The position numbers and the translations under genes were made by a program. This document shows positions 27,739 to 38,214 of a DNA stretch of 64,000 bases, piece after piece (position 1 is the stretch's first letter; every line of letters starts with the position of its first letter). The notes beneath the pieces are model-generated. The model had not been told where the DNA came from and ran no database searches. It was given only the letters and a program-made list of their open reading frames with translations. The stretch covers positions 9,164-73,163 of the forward strand of contig CALRUM020000008.1 of assembly GCA_943371375.1 (NCBI GenBank), in the 5' to 3' direction. Source of the stretch: Asaia bogorensis. GTDB taxonomy: Bacteria > Pseudomonadota > Gammaproteobacteria > Burkholderiales > Burkholderiaceae_C.

Positions 27739-28998
27739 ATGATTGCCCTTCGCAAGCTGCGCCACGCCGCACCGCCGGCGCTGATGACCTGGACGCAGAA
27801 CGCGGCGATATTTGCCGCCTGTGCCAATCTTTTTTCAACCGCACTGGCGAATGTCGGCTTTGTCGTTTTCCTGTTTCTGTTTGCCTGGGTCTGCGCGTCG
27901 AACCAGCGGCGCCAGCTCGATACCGACAATTTCCCGATGGGCGTCGCGTACGCGATTGGCCTGTACATCGCCTGGCAAGTGATTGGCCTGAGTTACACCG
28001 ATGCCCCCCTGTCGTACGGACTCAAGAACATTTTCAGCGAGCGGAAAATCTGCTACATCCTGCCGCTGGCGCTGATTTTTTCCGCTGAGGGCCCGAAGAG
28101 AAAATTCCTGGCCGCCTTCATGGCGACCAGTGTGGTGGGTTTGGCGCTGTCTTTCGCAGTCATCAACCAGTACCTCCATGTGCACCTGCGTCTGAACCCT
28201 CCCGCCGTGTTCCGCTCGCATGCCACCCAGGGAATGGTTTTTGCGGTCTGCGTCTTTCTGGCCCTCTGGTATGGCTTCAGGCAGAAAGTACCGGCATGGC
28301 GCTGGGGCTTTTATGGCCTGGCGGGGGCTTTTTTCCTGAACCTGGCACTGGTCACGCCAGGCCGCAGTGGCTACGTGGTTTTTCTGGTGTTGACCGTGTC
28401 GGCGTTTTCGATGTGGCGCGGATTCAAGGGCGTGGCGATTGGGGTGCTCGTGGCCTCGGTCCTGGGTGTGGGGGCCTTCTATGCCTCATCATCGGTGCGC
28501 AGCCGGGTGATGGAAGGGGTCAACGAAGTGCGCAGTTATGAAACCAACCCCTATGAAACATCGCTGGGGCGCAGGATGGTCCAGTATGAAACAACCTGGG
28601 GGATGATCAAGGAAAGCCCGGTCTTTGGCGTCGGGACGGGGGCCTACAAGAAACATTTCAGCGGGATCGCCGAGCAGAAGTACACCGGCTGGCGGGCTGC
28701 TCCCTTTGACGACCCGCACAACCAGTACCTTTTTGTCCTGGCCGAAAACGGCATCATCGGCTTGCTCACCTTCCTGGGCATGATCGGCATGCTGCTCAGG
28801 CATTGCCTGCAAAGCGGCAGCATCTACGGAAAAATGGCGGCGGGCTGTGTGCTGGCCTGGTGTGCCACCAGCCTGTTCAGCGGCCACTTCCGGACCTTTC
28901 CGGAGGGCCACCTGATCGCCTTTATTGTGGGTATCCTGATGGTCAGCCGCCGCGCTGGTACGGCTACGGCGACCCCAACCGGGACCACGGCGGCCTGA
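27739..28998 (+). CDS. O-antigen ligase (WaaL/Wzy_C) family protein
   Basis: About 12 TM segments, TPGRSG, PVFGVGTG, DPHNQYLFVLAENGIIG. Confidence 0.88.
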   Translation: MIALRKLRHAAPPALMTWTQNAAIFAACANLFSTALANVGFVVFLFLFAWVCASNQRRQLDTDNFPMGVAYAIGLYIAWQVIGLSYTDAPLSYGLKNIFSERKICYILPLALIFSAEGPKRKFLAAFMATSVVGLALSFAVINQYLHVHLRLNPPAVFRSHATQGMVFAVCVFLALWYGFRQKVPAWRWGFYGLAGAFFLNLALVTPGRSGYVVFLVLTVSAFSMWRGFKGVAIGVLVASVLGVGAFYASSSVRSRVMEGVNEVRSYETNPYETSLGRRMVQYETTWGMIKESPVFGVGTGAYKKHFSGIAEQKYTGWRAAPFDDPHNQYLFVLAENGIIGLLTFLGMIGMLLRHCLQSGSIYGKMAAGCVLAWCATSLFSGHFRTFPEGHLIAFIVGILMVSRRAGTATATPTGTTAA

Positions 28999-29032
28999 GT
29001 GCCGTCATGGCTGTCCTGCCGGGCGACTGCCC

Positions 29033-29200
29033 TCAAGCCATGTAGATGGCGATAAAAGCCAGCAAAAACATCAGCACACCGCCGGCCAGTGGCAGCACCA
29101 GCGGCATCAGCGGAACAATCGCTTCGACGACGTCCTGTTCGTGGGCGGGCGTGGGGCTGCTGTGTGCGGCATTGGTGGTGTGATCGGCTGGGCTAGACAT
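29033..29200 (-). CDS. Small membrane protein, 55 aa (absent from the ORF track)
   Basis: Manual translation MSSPADHTTNAAHSSPTPAHEQDVVEAIVPLMPLVLPLAGGVLMFLLAFIAIYMA*; AGGA RBS; single C-terminal TM helix. Confidence 0.7.
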   Translation of the reverse strand: MSSPADHTTNAAHSSPTPAHEQDVVEAIVPLMPLVLPLAGGVLMFLLAFIAIYMA

Positions 29201-29264
29201 GGCGATTCCTGCAAACGGGGATTAAGCCGCGATTTTACCTTCTCGGCCCTTGACCGGGCAAACC

Positions 29265-29672
29265 TCAGAGCAGCGCGTAAGTGGTCGTGAAGCGGCTGAC
29301 ACTTTTGCCGTCGCCGGCACCGAGCAGGTCGATCTCGCCAAACGCCAGGGACTTGCCGGCGCGAATCACGCGGGCCTTGAGCAGCGCATCCTGACCCGAC
29401 AGGGGTTTGAGGAAGCTGCTGCTCATCTGCACCGTGGTGCAAGGCCGGAATTCGCCAAAATGGTTGATCAGTGCCAGCACCATGGCGCTGTCCGCCGCGG
29501 CCATCATGGCCTGGCCGCAGAGCATGCCGCCGGTGCGCGAGAGCTCGGTATTTTGCGGCAGGCGCAGGGTCACGCTCTGGCTGTCAAAGCTGTCCACCTG
29601 AAGCTTCAGTGCCTGCACCCAGGGCGCAAAATAGGCTGGCAGGGCCGCCTGCAAGGTTTCAATGGTCATCAT
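29265..29672 (-). CDS. PaaI-family thioesterase (hotdog fold)
   Basis: GGMLCGQAMMAAADSAM, TVQMSSSFLKP, VIRAGKSLAFGEI. Confidence 0.88.
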   Translation of the reverse strand: MMTIETLQAALPAYFAPWVQALKLQVDSFDSQSVTLRLPQNTELSRTGGMLCGQAMMAAADSAMVLALINHFGEFRPCTTVQMSSSFLKPLSGQDALLKARVIRAGKSLAFGEIDLLGAGDGKSVSRFTTTYALL

Positions 29673-30874
29673 CAGTGTTGCTCCATCGCTTCAAAACCTG
29701 CCGCCTGCAGCACGGCCAGTACCTGGCCAATGTGTTCCCGGCCACGGGTCTGGATCACCAGCTCGATATCCACATTCTGCGCGGCCAGCATGGTGAAGGC
29801 CCGCTGGTGATGGACCTCGTCGATGTTGGCGCCGGCATCGGCCACGGTGGCCGTGATTCTGGCCAGTGAACCCGGCACGTCGCGCGCACTCACGCGAATG
29901 CGCGCCAGCCGGCCCGCGCGCACCATGCCGCGCTCGATGATGGCCGCCAGCAGCAGCGGGTCAATGTTGCCGCCACACAGCACCAGACCGACTTTTTTGC
30001 CTTTGAAGCGCTCCGGGTATTTCAGCAGCGCGGCCAGGCCCGCCGCGCCGGCGCCCTCGACCAGGGTTTTTTCAATTTCCAGCAGCATCACCATGGCCTG
30101 CTCGATGTCGCCTTCGTCCACCAGCACCAGATCATCGACCAGGCGCCGGATGATGGCCAGCGGGATCACGCCGGGTGTGCCGACCGCAATACCCTCGGCA
30201 ATCGTGCTGCTGCCCTGGGGGTGGTGGGTACCCTTGATGGCGTTGACCATGGCCGGGAAACGCGAGGTTTGCACGCCAATGATTTCGATCCCTGGCTTGA
30301 TGGCCTTCGCCGCTGTGGCCATGCCGGCAATCAGGCCGCCGCCGCCGATCGCGACGATCAGCGTATCCAGATCGGGCACGGCGCGCAGCATTTCCAGGCC
30401 CACCGTCCCCTGGCCGGCCACAATGGCTTCGTCGTCGTACGGGTGGATGAACACCAGGCCTTCGCGCTCGGCCAGGCCCAGCGCGTGGGTGCGCGACTCC
30501 TCCAGTGTGTCGCCGTGCAGCACCACCTCGGCGCCAAAGCCGCGCGTGCGCTCAATTTTCACACCGGGGGTGAAACGCGGCATCACAATCACCGCGCGCA
30601 GGCCCAGACGCTGCGCATGGTAGGCCACGCCCTGGGCATGGTTGCCGGCGCTCATGGCGACCACGCCGCGCCGGCCCTCCTCTGCAGACAGTTGCACCAG
30701 CTTGTTGCAGGCGCCGCGCTCCTTGAAAGAGGCGGTGTACTGCAAATTCTCGAACTTCAGAAAAACCTCTGCGCCGGTGATCTGCGACAGGGTTTTGGAC
30801 GCCACACAAGGCGTATCCAGCAACTGGCCTTGCAACCGCTGTGCGGCGGCCTGGATATCAGTGAAAGCGAGCAT
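29672..30874 (-). CDS. ilvA: Threonine ammonia-lyase with C-terminal ACT domain
   Basis: KFENLQYTASFKERG (PLP lysine), SAGNHAQG, IGGGGL, EGAGAAG, DVPGSL ACT domain. Confidence 0.9.
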   Translation of the reverse strand: MLAFTDIQAAAQRLQGQLLDTPCVASKTLSQITGAEVFLKFENLQYTASFKERGACNKLVQLSAEEGRRGVVAMSAGNHAQGVAYHAQRLGLRAVIVMPRFTPGVKIERTRGFGAEVVLHGDTLEESRTHALGLAEREGLVFIHPYDDEAIVAGQGTVGLEMLRAVPDLDTLIVAIGGGGLIAGMATAAKAIKPGIEIIGVQTSRFPAMVNAIKGTHHPQGSSTIAEGIAVGTPGVIPLAIIRRLVDDLVLVDEGDIEQAMVMLLEIEKTLVEGAGAAGLAALLKYPERFKGKKVGLVLCGGNIDPLLLAAIIERGMVRAGRLARIRVSARDVPGSLARITATVADAGANIDEVHHQRAFTMLAAQNVDIELVIQTRGREHIGQVLAVLQAAGFEAMEQH

Positions 30875-31087
30875 CTTGCCTCCGGCCGGACGGCGTGCAG
30901 TGGTGGGTGTGCGGGTTCATGGGTTCCTCTGGGCGAAGTGGCGATTGTGGCGCGGATTTGTGGCGCAATTCACACGGCCCCCCTGGATTAGCGTCTTCCA
31001 TCAGGCATAAACCTGCGTTATGGTGAGGTGTGTGCATATCGGGGTTCATGTGCAAAGGTTGTTGTCTTCCAGACCGGAGGTCCTTCA

Positions 31088-33445
31088 ATGAGCAAGCGTT
31101 CAGGTGCGGATAAGCAGGGGCAGCTGCTGCTGTCGCCGGGCCTCAAAGAGGCGCCGGTGCTGGACCTGATGTGTTCGCATTTTGTCCTGACCCTGGCCGC
31201 CCGGCAGGGCGCCAAGTTCAATGTGCGGCGTGACCTCAACAGCCTGCTGTCGCTGTCGGGCCGGCACCTGGTGTGGCCCTTGCCCGCGCTGCAGCGCTTG
31301 CGCGAATTCCTGGGCCGGCGTTGCCGTGACAACGAATTCTGGCGCGGCCATGAAGCCCTCAGCGATACCGAGTTCATGAACCGCCATGGCGCCTGGCGCG
31401 GCCCTTACGAAGAAGGCACGCTGTTTTTTTACCTCGATGAACACGCCAAGGACCAGCCCAAAGACCTGTTGTCGGTGCTGGGCGCCACCGGCGAGTGGCT
31501 GACCCAGGCGCTGAAAAAGCAATCCACGCTGGTGGAGAAAAACATTGCCGCGCTGGCCAATTTGCTGCAGCTCAACCAGGCCGAACGTGCGCTGCTGCTG
31601 TACGGAACGCTGGCGCGTTACCAGCGCGACCTGCGCTCCCTGCTGGTCGAGTTCAAGGTCAACAATGCGCCCGAAGCCTATGCCGCGATTGCCGAAGTGG
31701 CCGGCGTCAAGGCCAGCGAGGTGGCCGAAGCCTTGCGCGCCGGCTCGCGGCTGGAGCGCATCGGCATGGTGGAAAACCTGATTTCCGAGCACAACATCAC
31801 CGACCTGGCCGACCTGATGAAAGTCAGCGAAAAACTGCCACCGGTGCTGATGCGCGAGTACCGCGACCAGAACGAGCTGATGGCGGTGTTCACCCGGCCG
31901 GTGGACCGCAGCAGCCTGGGGCTGGCCGATTTTGCCTTTGCCCGCGACGATGTGCAGGTGCTGGTGGCGCTGCTGCGTCATGCGGTGCAGGGCAAGGAGC
32001 TGGGTGTCAATGTGCTGCTCTACGGCCCACCGGGCACCGGCAAGACCGAGCTGGCCAAGGTGGTGGCCCAGGCCGCCGGGCTCGATCTGTTCGAGGTCGA
32101 ATACGCGGACCGTGACGGCAACTCCCTGAGCGGCAGGGACCGCTACCGCTCGCTGCAGATTGCCCAGGTCTTTCTCAAGGGCAGCGCCCATGCCGCCCTG
32201 CTGTTTGACGAGGTCGAAGACGTGTTTCCGGCGATTTCCAGCGAGGCCGCGCAACTGCTCGCGCGTTCTGAGCAAATGGCGGCGCCGGCCACCGGTTCCG
32301 TCAACGGCAAAGCCTGGGTCAACCAGATTCTCGAGTCGAACACCGTTCCCACGCTGTGGGTCACGAACCGCATCGAGCAGATCGACCCGGCCTTTCGCCG
32401 CCGTTTTGCCTACCACCTGGAGCTCCAGTCCCCGCCGCCCGGCGCGCGTGAGGCGCTGGTGCGCAAGACACTCGAAGGGGTGCCGGTCAGCGAGGCCTTT
32501 CTCGCCAAACTGACCGGGCGCAAGGGCCTGACCCCGGCGCAGATTCGCACCGCAGTGCGTTTTGCCAAACTTGCCGGCAGTCCGGGCTTTGAGCCCGATG
32601 GCACGGACATGGCCGCCATGCTGCCGGGTGGCCAGGCCGCCTTGACCGAATCGCTGATTGAACGACAACTCAAAAACGCCGACCTGGCGTTGGGCAACAA
32701 GGCCGACGCCGCGGGGCGCCGCAGTGTCACCACCTACGACCTGGCCATGCTCAACGTTGAGTCGCGCTTTGAAGTCACACGCATCGTGGCGGCGCTCAAG
32801 GCCCGTGGCCATGGCACCCTGTGTTTTTACGGTGCGCCGGGCACCGGCAAGACGGCGCTGGCCGAGCACCTGGCCAAGGCGCTGGAGCGTCCGCTGCTGA
32901 TCAAGCAGGCGAGCGACCTGATGAGCAAATACGTGGGCGAAACCGAGCAGAACATGGCGGCGATGTTTGCCGAGGCCGAAGCCGAGAAAGCCGTGTTGCT
33001 GCTTGACGAGGCCGACAGCTTTTTGCAGGACAGGCGCGGCGCACAGCGCACCTACGAGGTGACCGAAGTCAATGAAATGTTGCAGGGCATGGAGCGTTTC
33101 AACGGCATTTTTGTCTGCACCACGAATCTGCTGGAAAGCCTGGACCAGGCGGCCTTGCGGCGCTTTACCTTCAAGATCAAGTTCATGCCCCTGACCGCCG
33201 TGCAACGGGAAAAAATGTTTGTCACTGAAGCGCTGGCCGGCAATGCCAGCCTGCTCGACGCCGGGCTGAGCCTGCGCCTGGCCAGGCTGGCGCAGCTGTG
33301 CCCTGGTGACTTTGCCGCAGTCAGGCGGCAGACCGACATCCTGGCGGTGGACTTCACGGCCGACGAGTTTTTAAGCCAGCTCGAAGCCGAGCACCGGATC
33401 AAGCCGGAAGTGCGGGAGGCACGGGGCATGGGGTTTATGCAGTAG
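31088..33445 (+). CDS. Tandem-AAA+ ATPase with uncharacterised N-terminal domain
   Basis: Two Walker A (GPPGTGKT, GAPGTGKT) and Walker B (LLFDEVED, LLLDEADS) motifs with IDPAFRRRF and LDQAALRRF arginine fingers. Confidence 0.88.
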   Translation: MSKRSGADKQGQLLLSPGLKEAPVLDLMCSHFVLTLAARQGAKFNVRRDLNSLLSLSGRHLVWPLPALQRLREFLGRRCRDNEFWRGHEALSDTEFMNRHGAWRGPYEEGTLFFYLDEHAKDQPKDLLSVLGATGEWLTQALKKQSTLVEKNIAALANLLQLNQAERALLLYGTLARYQRDLRSLLVEFKVNNAPEAYAAIAEVAGVKASEVAEALRAGSRLERIGMVENLISEHNITDLADLMKVSEKLPPVLMREYRDQNELMAVFTRPVDRSSLGLADFAFARDDVQVLVALLRHAVQGKELGVNVLLYGPPGTGKTELAKVVAQAAGLDLFEVEYADRDGNSLSGRDRYRSLQIAQVFLKGSAHAALLFDEVEDVFPAISSEAAQLLARSEQMAAPATGSVNGKAWVNQILESNTVPTLWVTNRIEQIDPAFRRRFAYHLELQSPPPGAREALVRKTLEGVPVSEAFLAKLTGRKGLTPAQIRTAVRFAKLAGSPGFEPDGTDMAAMLPGGQAALTESLIERQLKNADLALGNKADAAGRRSVTTYDLAMLNVESRFEVTRIVAALKARGHGTLCFYGAPGTGKTALAEHLAKALERPLLIKQASDLMSKYVGETEQNMAAMFAEAEAEKAVLLLDEADSFLQDRRGAQRTYEVTEVNEMLQGMERFNGIFVCTTNLLESLDQAALRRFTFKIKFMPLTAVQREKMFVTEALAGNASLLDAGLSLRLARLAQLCPGDFAAVRRQTDILAVDFTADEFLSQLEAEHRIKPEVREARGMGFMQ

Positions 33446-33451
33446 CCGTTT

Positions 33452-33478
33452 GTCATCCCGGACCTGATCCGGGATCCA
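33452..33478. repeat. Short GTCATCCCG-type palindromic repeat (REP/RPE-like)
   Basis: GTCATCCCGGACCTGATCCGGGATCCA with 8-bp stem ATCCCGGA/TCCGGGAT, just after the AAA stop codon. Confidence 0.6.
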
Positions 33479-33523
33479 TGTGTGCTGACTACTTTGCTCC
33501 ACTGTTTAGTGGTGCGCCTGCAA

Positions 33524-33944
33524 GCCGGGGGTTGCCCGGCGGCAAGTAACTTTCTTTTGCGTCGCCAAAAGAAAGTCACCAAAGAAAAGGCGACCCGATG
33601 GTCTGGGTCCCTCCGCTGCGCTACGGGCAACCTGCGGTGCTCGCCGAAAACGGGGTCTCGCTCGAACTCGCTGCGCTCAGACAATCGCTCGCCCTGATCC
33701 GTTTTCGGCTGCGCTCTTCGGCCCAGCCCGACGGGTGGGAGACCGAACGCGGGTGCGGGGAGCCTTGACGCGCTCCGCGCGTCAAGGCGTATTTCAGTTG
33801 GCCGCCATGTTTGCACGCGGGAGCAGCGCACGTGGCCAAATGAGGTCCCCCTCCATCGCCCAGCGGGGGCGAGGGAGGGGTTAGGGGTGGGAGTGGGGAG
33901 TTAGACCCTACTGCCCCGAGCAGACCTCAGGCGCAGCGTGATGC
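33524..33944. mobile_element. Composite non-coding repeat family B, copy 1 (non-autonomous element or structured RNA)
   Basis: Collinear with 39320-39749 over ~420 bp with long identical blocks and compensatory changes in stems; no transposase ORF. Confidence 0.75.
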
Positions 33945-33967
33945 TCCAAACGCTGGCCGGTCAACCC

Positions 33968-35728
33968 TCAGAGCTGAATCAGCCGGATCGCCTTGCGCGA
34001 ACCGTCGTTCATTTCCCTGGCCACCTGCATCATGCGGTCCAGACAGGCCGGTGCCTGCTCGGGGGCCAGGCGTACCGGCCCCGCCAGGTAGCCGATGGCG
34101 ATGTGGAACAGCAGCGGATCGGCATCCGGCAATTCAGAGGTGGTTCGCAGGCCGCTGGCCAGGATTTTGGTGGCCAGCCGGTTCACCGAATCGCTGCTCA
34201 TCGGCCCCTCCAGCAACAGCGCAAAGTGGCTGTCACCGACACGCGCCACGGTGTCGGTCGGCTTGGTCACGGCCAGTATGCGGGCGGCGGCCAGCACCAT
34301 GGCGCGGTCGCCAGTTTCGCGGCCATGTTTGAGCTGCAGGCTGGTCTGGTTGCTCAGGTCGATGATCATCAGAGCGCAGGGCTGCTGGTAACGTTCGGCG
34401 GTACTCAGCGCCTGGCGCAGCTTGCCCAGCAGCGGCCGGGTGGTGAGCAGACCGGTCAGCGGGTCGGTGGTGCGCAGGGTACTGGCCCGCGTGCTGGGCT
34501 CTTCACGCCGGGTGATGCGGCGCAGCAGACCGTAAAAAAGAATCGGCGCCTCGATGGCCGAGCCCAGAATCAGCGCGTTCTGGGTCAGAAAGCTGGAGGC
34601 GATCAGCCCGAAGTTGCGCAGCAAGGGGAACAGGGTGGCCAGGATAATCGGCAAAAACCCCAGCGCAATCCAGCGTGCGTGGCGGTCGCCTTCCACCAGC
34701 GAGACCCCGACCACCATCAGCAGCACCACCATGCCGGCGCTGACCAGGATGTTGATCAGCGCAAAACTCTCGGGCGTCGGAAAGGCGGCATCGAGCAGGC
34801 CGACCAGCGGCGCAAGCCACATCAATGCCAGGATCAGCCAGTCCAGTGCCCGGAAAAAACGCCCCGGCGTGGTCACGGTGCGCACAAACCACAGCGCAGC
34901 AGCCGCGGCCAGCAGCGGCAGCAGCACAATCGCCATGTTGTTGAGCTGCGGCAGCTCCGGCCACAGGTACAGGCCGGCGATACCCTTGAAGGCGGCCTGG
35001 GAGCCGGCAAAGGTGCCGAGGTAGACCGCGTAACTTGCAAAACCACGGTCGCGGTAGGCCACTGCATTGAGCAGCGCGAGAACCGTCACCAGCAGCGCCA
35101 GCCCGAAATAGGCACCGAGGAACAGGTGTTCCAGCTGGCGCGAGGTCGTCACCCCCTCGGCGCTGAGCACCCTCGGCAGGGCTGAAAAAGGAACACGCGC
35201 ATGCTCCACCCGCAGGTAATAACGAACGCTGGCCCCGGCCTCATGGCTCAGGGAAAAAATCGGGTAACGCGCAGGCTGGGGCCAAACGCTGATGGGCAGG
35301 CTGTCACCGGCTTGCTGTACCACCCAGCGGCCCAGGCTGTCCCGGTAATAAAGCGCGATTTTGTCCACGCCGGACATCGGCAGTTCAAGTTTCCAGTGAA
35401 CTCCGGGGTCCTGCACCGTCGCGTCAAAACGCAGCCAGAGCGCCGCGTCGTCAAGCGGGTACTTTTTATCGGCGACAACGGCAGCAAAAGGCAGGCGCCC
35501 GGCATCGGCTTCAACCTTTTCCAAAGTAGTTTTGCCGCCCACATCGACCCAGAAATCCAGCGCCTGTGTCAGCGCCACCGGACCGTTGTCGCGGCTCAGG
35601 GTCAGTGAATCGCCGCCCCATGCGGGGCCAGCCAGCAGCAGCGCCGGTAAAAACACGAGGCCCGCAAGCGCCCGCACAGCGCGTGCCAGGGCGGCACGCC
35701 GGGGGGTGAGGGATGGGACGACGGACAC
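33968..35728 (-). CDS. 7TMR-DISM sensor protein with degenerate GGDEF domain
   Basis: Periplasmic 7TMR-DISMED2-like region, 7 TM helices, TDPLTGL, and VARVGDSHF in place of GG(D/E)EF; start is approximate. Confidence 0.85.
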   Translation of the reverse strand: MSVVPSLTPRRAALARAVRALAGLVFLPALLLAGPAWGGDSLTLSRDNGPVALTQALDFWVDVGGKTTLEKVEADAGRLPFAAVVADKKYPLDDAALWLRFDATVQDPGVHWKLELPMSGVDKIALYYRDSLGRWVVQQAGDSLPISVWPQPARYPIFSLSHEAGASVRYYLRVEHARVPFSALPRVLSAEGVTTSRQLEHLFLGAYFGLALLVTVLALLNAVAYRDRGFASYAVYLGTFAGSQAAFKGIAGLYLWPELPQLNNMAIVLLPLLAAAAALWFVRTVTTPGRFFRALDWLILALMWLAPLVGLLDAAFPTPESFALINILVSAGMVVLLMVVGVSLVEGDRHARWIALGFLPIILATLFPLLRNFGLIASSFLTQNALILGSAIEAPILFYGLLRRITRREEPSTRASTLRTTDPLTGLLTTRPLLGKLRQALSTAERYQQPCALMIIDLSNQTSLQLKHGRETGDRAMVLAAARILAVTKPTDTVARVGDSHFALLLEGPMSSDSVNRLATKILASGLRTTSELPDADPLLFHIAIGYLAGPVRLAPEQAPACLDRMMQVAREMNDGSRKAIRLIQL

Positions 35729-35765
35729 GCGCCTATTGTGCCGCAGCAGACCGGATTTTCCGGGC

Positions 35766-37643
<1,878 letters not shown>

Positions 37644-37658
37644 GATGGCGGGGACAAT

Positions 37659-37714
37659 GCTATGAAATAGTGAGCTGACTACGCAGATGAGACAAGGGTT
37701 GCAAGCGATATTTG
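37659..37714 (+). repeat. REP-like repeat family A, copy upstream of recQ
   Basis: Head GCTATGAAATAGTGAGC, body TGACTACGCAGATGAGACAAGGGTTGCAAGCGATATTTG. Confidence 0.65.
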
Positions 37715-37729
37715 CCAGAAAGAAAACGG

Positions 37730-38122
37730 CTACATCTGCTCCCAGGGCAAACCGTCAAAGCGCCAGCCGCTCAGGCTGGAGCGCTGAAACTGCTCGTCGA
37801 GTTCACCCTCGAAGCCATGCACGATGTTGATCACTTCGGTAAAACCTGCTGCCTCCAGCGCCTGGCCGGCATCGAGTGTGCGTTTGCCCGAGCGGCAGAT
37901 CAGCAAGACCGGCTGCTCCTTGCTGCTGGCTTCGCTTTCCACCGCCGCCGCAAACTTTTGCGCATCGGGCGTCAGATCCGGGTATTCGTACCAGGGCACG
38001 TTGACCACGCCGGGCGGCCGACCCACATACAGTGACTCGATTTCCATGCGCACGTCCACAAACAGCGCGTCGGGGCGCTGCTGCAGGTAGTCCCAGGCTT
38101 CTTTGGGTTGAAGGTGTTTCAT
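37730..38122 (-). CDS. Rhodanese-like domain protein
   Basis: [16 protein letters not shown] active-site loop, IVHGFEG, GW. Confidence 0.9.
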   Translation of the reverse strand: MKHLQPKEAWDYLQQRPDALFVDVRMEIESLYVGRPPGVVNVPWYEYPDLTPDAQKFAAAVESEASSKEQPVLLICRSGKRTLDAGQALEAAGFTEVINIVHGFEGELDEQFQRSSLSGWRFDGLPWEQM

Positions 38123-38214
38123 GCGTGGGCCTCGGGCGGTGAGCGGTCCGGCTATTGTCCAGGGAAATCAGCATGATTCTGGCAGGCAAATGGCGGCCAC
38201 CTTAAAATGCGGCC

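Noticed and set aside
26959-28998. Horizontally acquired glycosylation island
   Set aside because: Only two LPS-related genes with mildly different codon usage; no integrase, tRNA or flanking direct repeats.
31088-33445. AAA ATPase as an anti-phage defence system
   Set aside because: No partner nuclease/effector gene, no defence-island context, and codon usage is typical of the host.
38123-38214. Cobalamin or SAM riboswitch upstream of metH
   Set aside because: The intergenic region is about 90 bp, shared with a divergent gene, and lacks the conserved B12-box or SAM motifs.
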